From Propionibacterium freudenreichii subsp. freudenreichii (GTDB taxonomy: Bacteria; Actinomycetota; Actinomycetes; Propionibacteriales; Propionibacteriaceae): DNA of 32,000 nt. Position numbers and translations under genes: made by a program. The stretch spans positions 1,710,001 through 1,742,000 of the forward strand of contig NZ_CP010341.1 of NCBI RefSeq assembly GCF_000940845.1. Reading direction: 5' to 3'. The notes beneath the pieces were generated by a model. It searched no databases, was not told the origin of the DNA, and was given only the letters and a program-made list of their open reading frames with translations. Positions 1 through 7,763 of this stretch are shown one piece after another (within the stretch, counting starts at the first letter, position 1; the number at the start of each line of letters is the position of its first letter).

Positions 1-276
1 CAGTGCCTCACGGGCAAGGTCTTCGCGTCCCTGGGCCAGGGCGCGCTGGGCGGCCAGGGTGAGCTTGTCCATTTCCTGCCCGAGCTGGGTTGCCTGCAGT
101 TCGACGCGCTTGCGGCTGGTGGCCACATCGGCCACGCCACGACGTACCTTCTGCAGCAGTTCCCGCTGGCGCTCGTAGGAATAGTCCAGGGTCTCGCGGG
201 GATCCTCATGCTTGTCCAGGGCCTTGTTCGCCTTGGACTTGAAGATCATCGAGAGCCGTTCGAGGATGCCAGCCAT
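1..276 (-). CDS. pspA: PspA/IM30 family protein, N-terminal part (gene continues past the left edge)
   Basis: The reverse-strand translation from ATG (complement of 274-276) reads MAGILERLSMIFKSKANKALDKHEDPRETLDYSYERQRELLQKVRRGVADV... This is the typical PspA N-terminal helix pattern. It is absent from the ORF track because it runs off the window. Confidence 0.8.
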   Translation of the reverse strand, partial: MAGILERLSMIFKSKANKALDKHEDPRETLDYSYERQRELLQKVRRGVADVATSRKRVELQATQLGQEMDKLTLAAQRALAQGREDLAREAL

Positions 277-575
277 GCGCTATCGGTCCTTCCGATCGGG
301 ATAGGTCATCTGCGGGACTCATCGTCCCCGGAGGCCGTGGTCTGCAGCGGTTGTACCGCAGAACGGTCAGGTCACCACCATTGTTCCATCTCGCCGTTCC
401 ATCGGCCGCCTTTCGGGCGCGCCCACCAAGACCCACCGTCCCCCATCAATCCCGGGATTTCTTCGCGAACACGGCCCACCCGGGCGCCGGGGTCGAGCGG
501 GCAGGCCCGGCCGTTTAGACTTGGACACAGAAATCCACCAGGAACATCGACGTAGCAACATCAAAGGGGTGCGCA

Positions 576-1130
576 GTGGCAACCAGCCGTTCACGCGAGA
601 CGGTCGAGCCGGTTGACGAGGAGACCGAGCGCGACGCCGGACGCAAGGGAGCGCCGACCCCCACGCGCAAGCAGGCCGAACAGGCCCGCATGCAGCGTCT
701 GCACCCCGTGCTGACCAAGAAGGAACAGAAGGCCCGCGACCGGCAGGCCCGCGCCCGCAAGCGCGACGAGCAGTACAAGAAGGTGGAGGAGATGCCCGAG
801 CGCGTGCTGTTGCGCAACAACATCGACTCCCACTGGTCCGTGGCGGAGTTCGCCTGGCCGGTCGTCTTCCTGCTGCTCGCCTGCGTGCTGGCCACGCAGA
901 TCCTGCCGGTGCTGTCGCTGGTGGGCACCCTGGGCATCTGGGTGTTCTTCCTGGTGTGCGCGGTCAATGTGTGGTGGCGCTGGCGCAGCTACAAGCGCGA
1001 GGCCACCGAGCGCATCCCGGGCTTCACAACGCGCGGCAAGGGCCTGATCGGCTACATGATGTCGCGCATGATCACCATGCGCCGCTTCCGCAATCCGGGC
1101 CCGGCGATCAAGCGCGGGGAGGCCTACTGA
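576..1130 (+). CDS. DUF3043 domain-containing membrane protein
   Basis: 184 aa ORF with a GTG start. It has a Lys/Arg/Glu-rich N-terminus followed by two TM helices (WPVVFLLLACVLATQILPVL, LGIWVFFLVCAVNVWW). This layout matches the actinobacterial DUF3043 family as I recall it. Confidence 0.75.
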   Translation: MATSRSRETVEPVDEETERDAGRKGAPTPTRKQAEQARMQRLHPVLTKKEQKARDRQARARKRDEQYKKVEEMPERVLLRNNIDSHWSVAEFAWPVVFLLLACVLATQILPVLSLVGTLGIWVFFLVCAVNVWWRWRSYKREATERIPGFTTRGKGLIGYMMSRMITMRRFRNPGPAIKRGEAY

Positions 1131-1345
1131 TGGCATTCATCTGGACCGGCGAACCGGCGGCGGACAGCGACCTGACCGACGATGAGATGAAGGCCCTCGG
1201 GTTGGGTCAGCCCTTCGAGAGCCAGGGCGACGCCGAGGCCTGGCTGACTGCCGCCTACGGCGAGCTCTCGGACGCCGGCATCATCTCGGTGAGCCTGCAC
1301 GACGGCGACCAGCTGGCGTATTCGATGAGCCTGGAAGAGGCCTGA
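1130..1345 (+). CDS. small acidic hypothetical protein (71 aa), translationally coupled to the DUF3043 gene
   Basis: An internal ATG at 1130 of ORF 956..1345 overlaps the upstream TGA by 1 nt (TGATG). G/C is strongly preferred at the third codon position throughout. The product is MAFIWTGEPAADSDLTDDEMKALGLGQPFESQGDAEAWL... Confidence 0.6.
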   Translation: MAFIWTGEPAADSDLTDDEMKALGLGQPFESQGDAEAWLTAAYGELSDAGIISVSLHDGDQLAYSMSLEEA

Positions 1346-1386
1346 CACCCACCACTGCCCCACGGCGGGCCGACGACCACCCATTC

Positions 1387-1430
1387 ATGATGATGCGGCC
1401 CGGACCAATTGGTCCGGGCCGCATCATCAT
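1387..1430. terminator. bidirectional terminator hairpin (perfect 44-nt palindrome)
   Basis: The sequence atgatgatgcggcccggacc-aatt-ggtccgggccgcatcatcat lies between the convergent small ORF (+) and gcvT (-). Confidence 0.7.
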
Positions 1431-1498
1431 CGTCAGGGACCCCACCGGCCGACGGGCCCCGCCCGCAGGTCAGATGACCGGGAAGGCCGTTCGCACCA

Positions 1499-2620
1499 TC
1501 AGCGGACGTGGGGCTGCACGAAGGGCGGCTTCACCACGTCGAACTCCTCGACACGATTGCGAACCACCACGCCGACCTTGTCGCCCGGCTTGATGGAGGT
1601 GTCGATCAGCGCCAGGCCGATGCCGATGCGCAACGTCGGACTGAAGGTCCCGGAGGTCAGCACGCCGATGGGCTCGGCGTCCGGGCCGGCACCGGCGGGC
1701 ACCACGGACATGCCCGGGCGCGGGATGCCGCGTCCCACGGCCCGCAGGCCACGGTTTCGCCGGGCCGGCTTGTTGGCCCGGATGGCGCGCAATGCCTCGG
1801 CTCCCCGGAAATCCGGCTTGTCCCAGCCGATCGCCCAGGTCAGTCCGGCACTGACGGGATCGATCTCGGGCGAGATCTCGTGCCCGTGCAGCGAGTAGCC
1901 CATCTCCGTGCGCAGGGTGTCGCGCGCCGCCAGTCCGCAGGGCACGATGCCGAAGGGCTTCCCGGCCTCCAACACCTTTTCCCAGACGGCCACCGCATGG
2001 TCGGAGGGCACGACGAGTTCGAAGCCCGTCTCGCCGGTGTATCCGGTGCGGCAGACCGTGAAGGTGCTGTCGCCCACCGGCACCACCTCAAAGGCCATGT
2101 AGTCCATGTCGGTGGGAAGGCCCATCGTGGCCAGCACATCAGGGGACTTGTGGCCCTGCACCGCCATGATCGCGAAGTCGTGGTGCTGGTTGACCACGTT
2201 GACACCCTCCGGTGCCCCTTCGGCCAGGATCTGCGCCACCGTGGTGTTGTTGGCGGCATTCGGGATCAGGAAGACATCGTCGTCGCCCAGCAGATAGGCG
2301 ATCATGTCGTCCACCACGCCACCCTCGGGCGTGCAGAGCAACTGATACTGCGCCTTGCCGGGCACGATCTTGTTCAGGTCAGCGGCAAGCACCCCGTTGA
2401 GGTAGTCCTTGGCCCCGGGACCGGTCACGCGGATCTTGCCCAGGTGCGAGACGTCGAAGATGCCCACCGCGTCACGCACCGCCTTGTGCTCGGCCAACAC
2501 GCCGTGGCCCTCGTACTCCAGGGGCATCAGCCATCCGCTGAACTCGGAGAACTTTGCGCCCAGCTTCTCGTGACACTCATTCAGCGGAGAGCGCTGCAGG
2601 GAATCGGTTGAATCGGCCAT
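1499..2620 (-). CDS. gcvT: glycine cleavage system aminomethyltransferase (T protein)
   Basis: ORF 1499..2656 contains GcvT motifs ([48 protein letters not shown]). I moved the start to ATG 2620, which has GAAGGAG 6 nt upstream. Confidence 0.9.
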   Translation of the reverse strand: MADSTDSLQRSPLNECHEKLGAKFSEFSGWLMPLEYEGHGVLAEHKAVRDAVGIFDVSHLGKIRVTGPGAKDYLNGVLAADLNKIVPGKAQYQLLCTPEGGVVDDMIAYLLGDDDVFLIPNAANNTTVAQILAEGAPEGVNVVNQHHDFAIMAVQGHKSPDVLATMGLPTDMDYMAFEVVPVGDSTFTVCRTGYTGETGFELVVPSDHAVAVWEKVLEAGKPFGIVPCGLAARDTLRTEMGYSLHGHEISPEIDPVSAGLTWAIGWDKPDFRGAEALRAIRANKPARRNRGLRAVGRGIPRPGMSVVPAGAGPDAEPIGVLTSGTFSPTLRIGIGLALIDTSIKPGDKVGVVVRNRVEEFDVVKPPFVQPHVR

Positions 2621-2867
2621 GGTGTGCTCCTTCGCGACATCGGTCTTCTGCCCCATACGCTAACGGTCGGGCCCCTCATCGCGCTGATGATCGTGCCGGT
2701 GCGGTGACAGCGCCATCGGGCCGCGGCACTGCGCCGGGCGACGATAACGCCGCCCGAGCCCCGTGTTCGCTGCCAGCGTGCCCCCCGCAGTCACCGAAAG
2801 GGGTCGGCAACAGGAGCGTGCTCGCGTTAGGCTGAGCCTGTCCACCGGAATGACCCGGTGTGAGCAG

Positions 2868-2903
2868 CTGCAGACCCTTGGCAATGCTGCAGATTTCTGG
2901 CAA
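2868..2903 (+). promoter_or_regulatory. direct repeat CTGCAGAnnnnTGGCAA x2 just upstream of the sucB ribosome-binding site (candidate operator)
   Basis: ctgcagacccttggcaa (2868-2884) and ctgcagatttctggcaa (2887-2903) repeat with a 19-nt period. They are followed by AAGGAG (2904-2909) and ATG 2921. Confidence 0.3.
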
Positions 2904-2920
2904 AGGAGTCACGTAGAACC

Positions 2921-4690
2921 ATGTCGACCGAAGTCACACTGCCCGAGCTGGGTGAAAGCGTCACAGAGGCCACAGTCTCGAGGTGGCTGAAGGAAGTTGG
3001 GGACCACGTCGACGCTGACGAGCCCCTGCTGGAGGTGAGCACCGACAAGGTGGACACCGAGATTCCGTCGCCCGTCGCTGGCACCCTGCTTGAGATCAAG
3101 TTCAATGAGGACGACACCGCGCCGGTCGGCGCCGTGCTCGCCGTGGTGGGTGACCCGGCCGAGGCTCCTGCGGGCGCACCGGCCCCGGCAGCCCCCGCCC
3201 CCGCAGCTGCGCCCGTTCCGCCGCCGCCCCCGATTCCCGCAGCCGCCGCGGCCCCGGTCGCCCCGCCTGCTCCCCCTGCACCCGCTGCTGCGGCACCCGC
3301 TGCGGCACCTGCCGGCCAGGGCACCCCGGTGACCCTGCCCGAGCTCGGCGAGAGCGTCACGGAGGCCACCGTCTCGCGCTGGCTCAAGGAGGTCGGTGAT
3401 CCGGTCGAGGCCGATGAGCCGCTCCTGGAGGTCAGCACCGACAAGGTGGACACCGAGATCCCCTCACCGGTCGCCGGCACCCTGACGGAGATCCACGTCA
3501 AGGAGGACGAGACCGCCGAGGTGGGCTCCGTACTCGGCGTCGTCGGCTCATCCGTGCCTGCTGCACCGGCTGCTGCACCGGCCGCCCCTGCGGCACCCGC
3601 CGCACCCGTTGCCCCGCCTGCTCCCGCAGTCCCCGTGGCGGCTCCGGCCCCCGTTGCCCCTCCGGCCCCGGTGGCCCCGTCCGCCCCTGTGGCGGCCCCG
3701 CCCGCGGCGCCGACCCCGGCAGCGGCCGTCCCGGTGAACCCACCGGCTCCCCGGGCCACCGAGGGTGCCGCGTTCACCGGCTATGTCACCCCGTTGGTGC
3801 GCAAGCTCGCCCAGCAGAACGACGTTGACCTCAACCAGGTGACCGGCACCGGCGTGGGTGGTCGTATCCGCAAGCAGGACGTCCTGGACGCTGCAGCTGC
3901 CAAGCAGAAGGCCGCTGCCGCCCCCGCGCGTCCCAAGGCCGCACCGTCGCCGGATGCCGGCAAGCGCGGCACCACTGAGAAGATGTCGAACCTCCGCAAG
4001 ATCGTGGCGAGCCGCATGACCGAGTCGCTGCAGACCTCGGCCCAGCTCACCGCCACGGTGGAGGTCGACCTGTCGGCCGTTGCGCGGGTGCGCGCCAAGG
4101 CGAAGGACGACTTCCGCAAGCGCGAGGGCGTCGGCCTGACCTACCTGGCCTTCATCACCCAGGCGGCCACCGAGGCGCTGCGCCAGTACCCGAAGGTGAA
4201 CGCCTCCATCGATACCGAGGCCGGAACCATCACCTACCACGACTCCGAGGACATCGGCATCGCGGTCGATACGCCCAAGGGCCTCATGGTCCCGGTGATC
4301 AAGGGTGCCGGTGACCTCAACGTTGGTGGCGTGGCCAAGTCGATCGGTGACCTGGCCGCCCGTGCCCGTGACGGCAAGATCGGCCCCGACGAGCTGTCGG
4401 GGGCAACCTTCACCATCACCAACTACGGGTCCACCGGCACGCTGTTCGACACCCCGATCATCAACCTGCCGAATGCCGCCATCCTGGGCACCGGCGCGAT
4501 GGTCAAGCGTCCCGTGGTGGTCAGCGACGAATACGGCAACGACACCATCGCCATCCGGCCGATGATGTACCTGTCGATGACCTACGACCACCGCCTGGTG
4601 GACGGCGCGGACGCCTCACGCTTCCTGTCGTTCGTCAAGGCCCGCCTTGAGGAGGGCGACTTCGGGGCTGAGTTCGGTCTGAACCAGTAG
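2921..4690 (+). CDS. sucB: 2-oxoacid dehydrogenase E2 component (dihydrolipoyllysine-residue succinyl/acyltransferase) with two lipoyl domains
   Basis: The 589 aa product has two lipoyl domains with the VSTDKVDTEIPSP motif and Ala/Pro-rich linkers. It also has an E3-binding domain (YVTPLVRKLA...GTGVGGRIRKQDV) and a catalytic domain with DHRLVDG. Confidence 0.92.
   Translation: MSTEVTLPELGESVTEATVSRWLKEVGDHVDADEPLLEVSTDKVDTEIPSPVAGTLLEIKFNEDDTAPVGAVLAVVGDPAEAPAGAPAPAAPAPAAAPVPPPPPIPAAAAAPVAPPAPPAPAAAAPAAAPAGQGTPVTLPELGESVTEATVSRWLKEVGDPVEADEPLLEVSTDKVDTEIPSPVAGTLTEIHVKEDETAEVGSVLGVVGSSVPAAPAAAPAAPAAPAAPVAPPAPAVPVAAPAPVAPPAPVAPSAPVAAPPAAPTPAAAVPVNPPAPRATEGAAFTGYVTPLVRKLAQQNDVDLNQVTGTGVGGRIRKQDVLDAAAAKQKAAAAPARPKAAPSPDAGKRGTTEKMSNLRKIVASRMTESLQTSAQLTATVEVDLSAVARVRAKAKDDFRKREGVGLTYLAFITQAATEALRQYPKVNASIDTEAGTITYHDSEDIGIAVDTPKGLMVPVIKGAGDLNVGGVAKSIGDLAARARDGKIGPDELSGATFTITNYGSTGTLFDTPIINLPNAAILGTGAMVKRPVVVSDEYGNDTIAIRPMMYLSMTYDHRLVDGADASRFLSFVKARLEEGDFGAEFGLNQ
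2933..3553 (+). repeat. intragenic tandem duplication encoding the two lipoyl domains (copies offset by 396 nt)
   Basis: VTLPELGESVTEATVSRWLKEVGD...EPLLEVSTDKVDTEIPSPVAGTL occurs twice, starting at nt 2933 and nt 3329. The protein sequences are nearly identical but many synonymous positions differ. Confidence 0.85.
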
Positions 4691-4726
4691 GGCCCGACCC
4701 CGTAACGGGGATCGCGCACCTGACAA

Positions 4727-4765
4727 GGGAGGGGCGGGGATGCATGATGCATCCCCGCCCCTCCC
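4727..4765 (+). terminator. sucB terminator hairpin (18-bp G/C-rich stem, 3-nt loop)
   Basis: The sequence gggaggggcggggatgca-tga-tgcatccccgcccctccc lies 37 nt after the sucB stop and has no obvious U tract. Confidence 0.6.
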
Positions 4766-4973
4766 TTCCTGCGCCCGTGCACTGGCCCCGTGCACCGGTG
4801 CGCGACGCGTGTGCGACGCGGCCCGGTGGCCCACCCCTGGGCGGACGTTCCCGGCCCGCCATGCGCCCCACCGGGGGCGCATGACTCATGCACTAGACTG
4901 GATCGGCGGCCGATCAGGCCCATGTGAGGGCCCCGGTGGCCCCATCCATTGACTCGAGCACGGAGGCACAGCG

Positions 4974-5744
4974 ATGGCGAGCGAGGCGGCCAAGGAACTG
5001 GCCAGGAAGCAGAAGGCCGAGGCAAAGGCCCTCAAGGAGGCGAAGAAGCACTCCGACAATCCTTCTGACTGGGGCACCATCCGCCAGATCCGCGAGACCT
5101 ACAAGCTCACCGCGGAGCATCAACCACGCATCGGTTGGATGCTGGCAGGGGCGGTGCTGGGCCCGGTCGTGGTCGGCGTCGTGGTGGGCCTGCTCGTGGG
5201 CACCATGCTGATCTTCTGGATCCTGCTCGGACTGCTTGCCGGTCTCACCGTGGCGCTGTTCGTGCTGCAGCGCCAGGCCAAGAAGGCCGCGTTTGCCCGC
5301 GCCGCCGACCAGGCCGGCGGCGCCCAGGTGGCGCTGTCGCTGCTGGACAAGAAGAAGTGGCACTACACGATGGCGATCGCCCTGGACAAGCAGGCAAACT
5401 GCGTCCACCGCGCCATCGGACCCGGCGGGCTCATCCTCATCGGTGAGGGCAAGGGCAAGGCCGCGACCACGATGCTGCGCAATGAGGCCCGCCGCCATCG
5501 GCAGGTGCTCTACGGCGTCGACGTGCAGACCGTGATGATCGGCAACGGGACCGACCAGGTGCCGCTGCCGAAGCTGTACGACTACATCAAGAAGCTGCCC
5601 AAGAAGCTGTCCGCCGAGCAGATCGAGGAGATCGAGTACCGTCTGGTGGCCCTCGATTCGATGCGTCCGCGCGTGCCGCTGCCCAAGGGCCCGCTGCCCA
5701 CCAGCGGGAACATGCGCGTCTCACGTCGCGCGATGCGCGGCTGA
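4974..5744 (+). CDS. DUF4191 domain-containing membrane protein
   Basis: The 256 aa product has GGAGG upstream of the ATG and a Lys-rich N-terminus. Two adjacent TM helices (WMLAGAVLGPVVVGVVVGLLVG, LIFWILLGLLAGLTVALFVL) are followed by a soluble C-domain. The family sits upstream of glnA in many actinobacteria (recollection). Confidence 0.75.
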   Translation: MASEAAKELARKQKAEAKALKEAKKHSDNPSDWGTIRQIRETYKLTAEHQPRIGWMLAGAVLGPVVVGVVVGLLVGTMLIFWILLGLLAGLTVALFVLQRQAKKAAFARAADQAGGAQVALSLLDKKKWHYTMAIALDKQANCVHRAIGPGGLILIGEGKGKAATTMLRNEARRHRQVLYGVDVQTVMIGNGTDQVPLPKLYDYIKKLPKKLSAEQIEEIEYRLVALDSMRPRVPLPKGPLPTSGNMRVSRRAMRG

Positions 5745-5776
5745 CGTCCCCCAGCGATTGAATCCCTGATTTCTTC

Positions 5777-7588
5777 ATGGCTTTTCTGCTCGGAGCCGAG
5801 TCCCTGCACCTGGAGTACCCCACAAAGGTGGTCTTCGATGCCGTGACGCTCGGCGTCAACGAAGGCGACCGCGTCGGCATCGTCGGCCGCAATGGTGACG
5901 GCAAGTCCAGCCTGCTGGCCCTGCTTGATGGCCGCATGCAACCCGACGAGGGACGCGTGATCGCCCGCAACGGGGTACGCATCGGCGTGCTCGACCAGGC
6001 TGACACGCTCGCGGCCGACCAGTCGGTGGCCCATGCCGTCGTCGGTGATGTGCCCGAACACGTGTGGGCGTCCGATCCGGGCATCCGGGACATCCTGTCG
6101 GGCCTGCTCGGCGAGATCGACTGGCACGACTCGGTGGACACCCTGTCGGGTGGCCAGCGCCGACGCGTCTCACTGGCCCGGGTGCTGGTGGGCGACTGGG
6201 ACGTGCTGGCCCTCGACGAGCCCACGAACCACCTTGACGTCGAGGCGATCACCTGGCTTGCCGACCACCTCAAGCATCGCTGGCCCGACAACGCCGGCGC
6301 CCTGCTCGTGGTGACCCACGACCGCTGGTTCCTCGATGAGGTGGCCAATCTCACCTGGGAGGTGCACGACCGGATCGTCGAGCCCTTCGAGGGTGGCTAC
6401 GCCGCCTATGTGCTCCAGCGGGTGGAACGCGACCGCCAGGCAGCCGTCAACGAGGCCCGCCGCGAGAATCTGGCCCGCAAGGAACTTGCCTGGCTGCGAC
6501 GCGGTGCCCCGGCCCGCACCTCGAAGCCCAAGTTCCGCATCGAGGCCGCCAACGAGCTGATCGCCGATGTACCCGAGCTGCGCGATCCCCTGGCGCTGGA
6601 ATCGATGGCGATCTCGCGGCTCGGCAAGGACGTCGTCGACCTGCTGGATGTCTCGGTGAGCTTCGGCGACAACCGGGTGCTGCGCGACATCACCTGGCAG
6701 CTCGCACCCGGTGAGCGCACCGGGCTGCTCGGCGCCAACGGGGCGGGCAAGTCAACCCTGCTCAGCCTGATCGACGGCGAGCTGCAGCCCACGTCGGGGC
6801 GCGTCAAGCGCGGCAAGACAGTGCACACGGCCACCCTGAGCCAGCGCCTCGATGAGCTCGATGAGTACACCGGCGTGCCCGTGCGCAAGGTGCTCGAGAG
6901 CCTGCAGACCACCTACACCTTCGGCACGGGCTCGAAGGCCCAGGAGCTCACGCCGGCGCAGCTGCTGGAACGCCTGGGGTTCTCCCCCGCCCAGCTGTCC
7001 ACCCCCGTGCAGGACCTGTCCGGCGGTGAGAAGCGTCGCCTCCAGCTGTTGCTCATCCTGCTGGGCCAGCCGAATGTGCTGGTGCTGGACGAGCCCACCA
7101 ACGACCTTGACACCGACATGCTGACGGCCCTGGAGGACCTGCTCGACACCTGGCCCGGCACGCTCATCGTCGTCTCCCATGACCGCTATTTCCTCGAGCG
7201 CGTCACCGATCAGCAGTACGCGCTGATCGACGGGCACCTGCGCCACCTTCCCGGCGGCGTGGACGAATACCTCAGGTTGCGGGCGGGCCAGCGACGCGAG
7301 GAGCGGGCCGAGGCCAGCTCGGAGCGTCGCGAATCACGCCAGGCCGCGCAGGACTCCGGCGAGCTGAGTGGGGCCGAACAGCACGAGGCCCGCAAGAAGC
7401 TGGGTGCGCTGGAGCGTCGCATCGACAAGCTGCAACGCCAGGTGGACCGGGACACCGAATCGATGGCCGCCGTGGACCCCAGCGACTATGTGGAGCTCGG
7501 GAAGCGGGCACAGGCCGTGGACGACAAGCGCGCCGAGATCGACCGCCTCGAGAACGAGTGGCTGGAACTCGGCGAACAGACCGAATAG
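5777..7588 (+). CDS. ABC-F family ATPase (Uup-like, no membrane domain)
   Basis: There are two ABC cassettes, with Walker A GRNGDGKS and GANGAGKS and signatures LSGGQRRR and LSGGEKRR. A charged inter-domain linker and a C-terminal coiled-coil tail are present, and there are no TM segments. Confidence 0.88.
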   Translation: MAFLLGAESLHLEYPTKVVFDAVTLGVNEGDRVGIVGRNGDGKSSLLALLDGRMQPDEGRVIARNGVRIGVLDQADTLAADQSVAHAVVGDVPEHVWASDPGIRDILSGLLGEIDWHDSVDTLSGGQRRRVSLARVLVGDWDVLALDEPTNHLDVEAITWLADHLKHRWPDNAGALLVVTHDRWFLDEVANLTWEVHDRIVEPFEGGYAAYVLQRVERDRQAAVNEARRENLARKELAWLRRGAPARTSKPKFRIEAANELIADVPELRDPLALESMAISRLGKDVVDLLDVSVSFGDNRVLRDITWQLAPGERTGLLGANGAGKSTLLSLIDGELQPTSGRVKRGKTVHTATLSQRLDELDEYTGVPVRKVLESLQTTYTFGTGSKAQELTPAQLLERLGFSPAQLSTPVQDLSGGEKRRLQLLLILLGQPNVLVLDEPTNDLDTDMLTALEDLLDTWPGTLIVVSHDRYFLERVTDQQYALIDGHLRHLPGGVDEYLRLRAGQRREERAEASSERRESRQAAQDSGELSGAEQHEARKKLGALERRIDKLQRQVDRDTESMAAVDPSDYVELGKRAQAVDDKRAEIDRLENEWLELGEQTE

Positions 7589-7613
7589 CCCCGTCCCTGA
7601 GCACAATGCGCCT

Positions 7614-7631
7614 GCCCGCCGGTCGGCGGGC
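7614..7631 (+). terminator. weak hairpin after the ABC-F gene
   Basis: The sequence gcccgcc-ggtc-ggcgggc forms a 7-bp stem 26 nt after the stop. It is short and has no U tract. Confidence 0.3.
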
Positions 7632-7670
7632 CATCCCGACACCGATCGCTGCAGGCCCCGTCGGGACTCT

Positions 7671-7723
7671 GTAACGTGGCTGCAACATGGACGCAACGCG
7701 GGGTTACTTCGCGTTACTAGCCT
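7671..7723 (+). promoter_or_regulatory. phased GnnAC pentamer array (GlnR-box-like) abutting a TAGCCT -10-like hexamer upstream of glnA
   Basis: The pentamers are GTAAC(7671)-n6-GCAAC(7682)-n6-GCAAC(7693)-n5-GTTAC(7703)-n5-GTTAC(7713), followed by TAGCCT (7718-7723). The glnA ATG is at 7764. Confidence 0.4.
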
Positions 7724-7763
7724 GTGCTTATCACCTCAAGCCGGGCCTGAAGGGGTCCGGACC

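Noticed and set aside
277-575. The 300-nt divergent region between pspA and the DUF3043 gene was checked for a small regulator ORF or an RNA element.
   Set aside because: The ORFs here (208..555 +, 206..436 -, 367..594 -) have poor composition and overlap each other. I found only short repeats (gttccatc x2), a 6-bp hairpin and a TAGACT -10-like hexamer (516-521). None of these is sufficient for a call.
2621-2920. A glycine riboswitch would be expected in the 300-nt leader region upstream of gcvT.
   Set aside because: On the gcvT (minus) strand I cannot find the conserved GGAGAG...ACCGAAGGGGCAA cores. The only similar string, CACCGAAAGGGGTCGGCAAC at about 2791-2810, is on the plus strand, facing sucB, and carries an insertion. 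The question stays unresolved. A cmsearch with Rfam RF00504 on both strands would decide it.
2827-3777. A 316-aa Ala/Gly/Thr-rich minus-strand ORF resembles a PE/PGRS-like or repetitive surface protein.
   Set aside because: It is the reverse complement of the Ala/Pro-rich linkers and duplicated lipoyl domains of sucB. Its repetitiveness is inherited from that gene.
7368-7763. The ORF track shows N-terminal extensions of glnA (starting at 7368), gcvT (to 2656), glnA2 (to 16925), the SLH gene (to 20953), the YflT-like gene (to 24781) and dapA (to 30775).
   Set aside because: The extensions overlap neighbouring genes or rnpB, or they precede a canonical family N-terminus that has its own ribosome-binding site. 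The internal starts give products collinear with known homologues.
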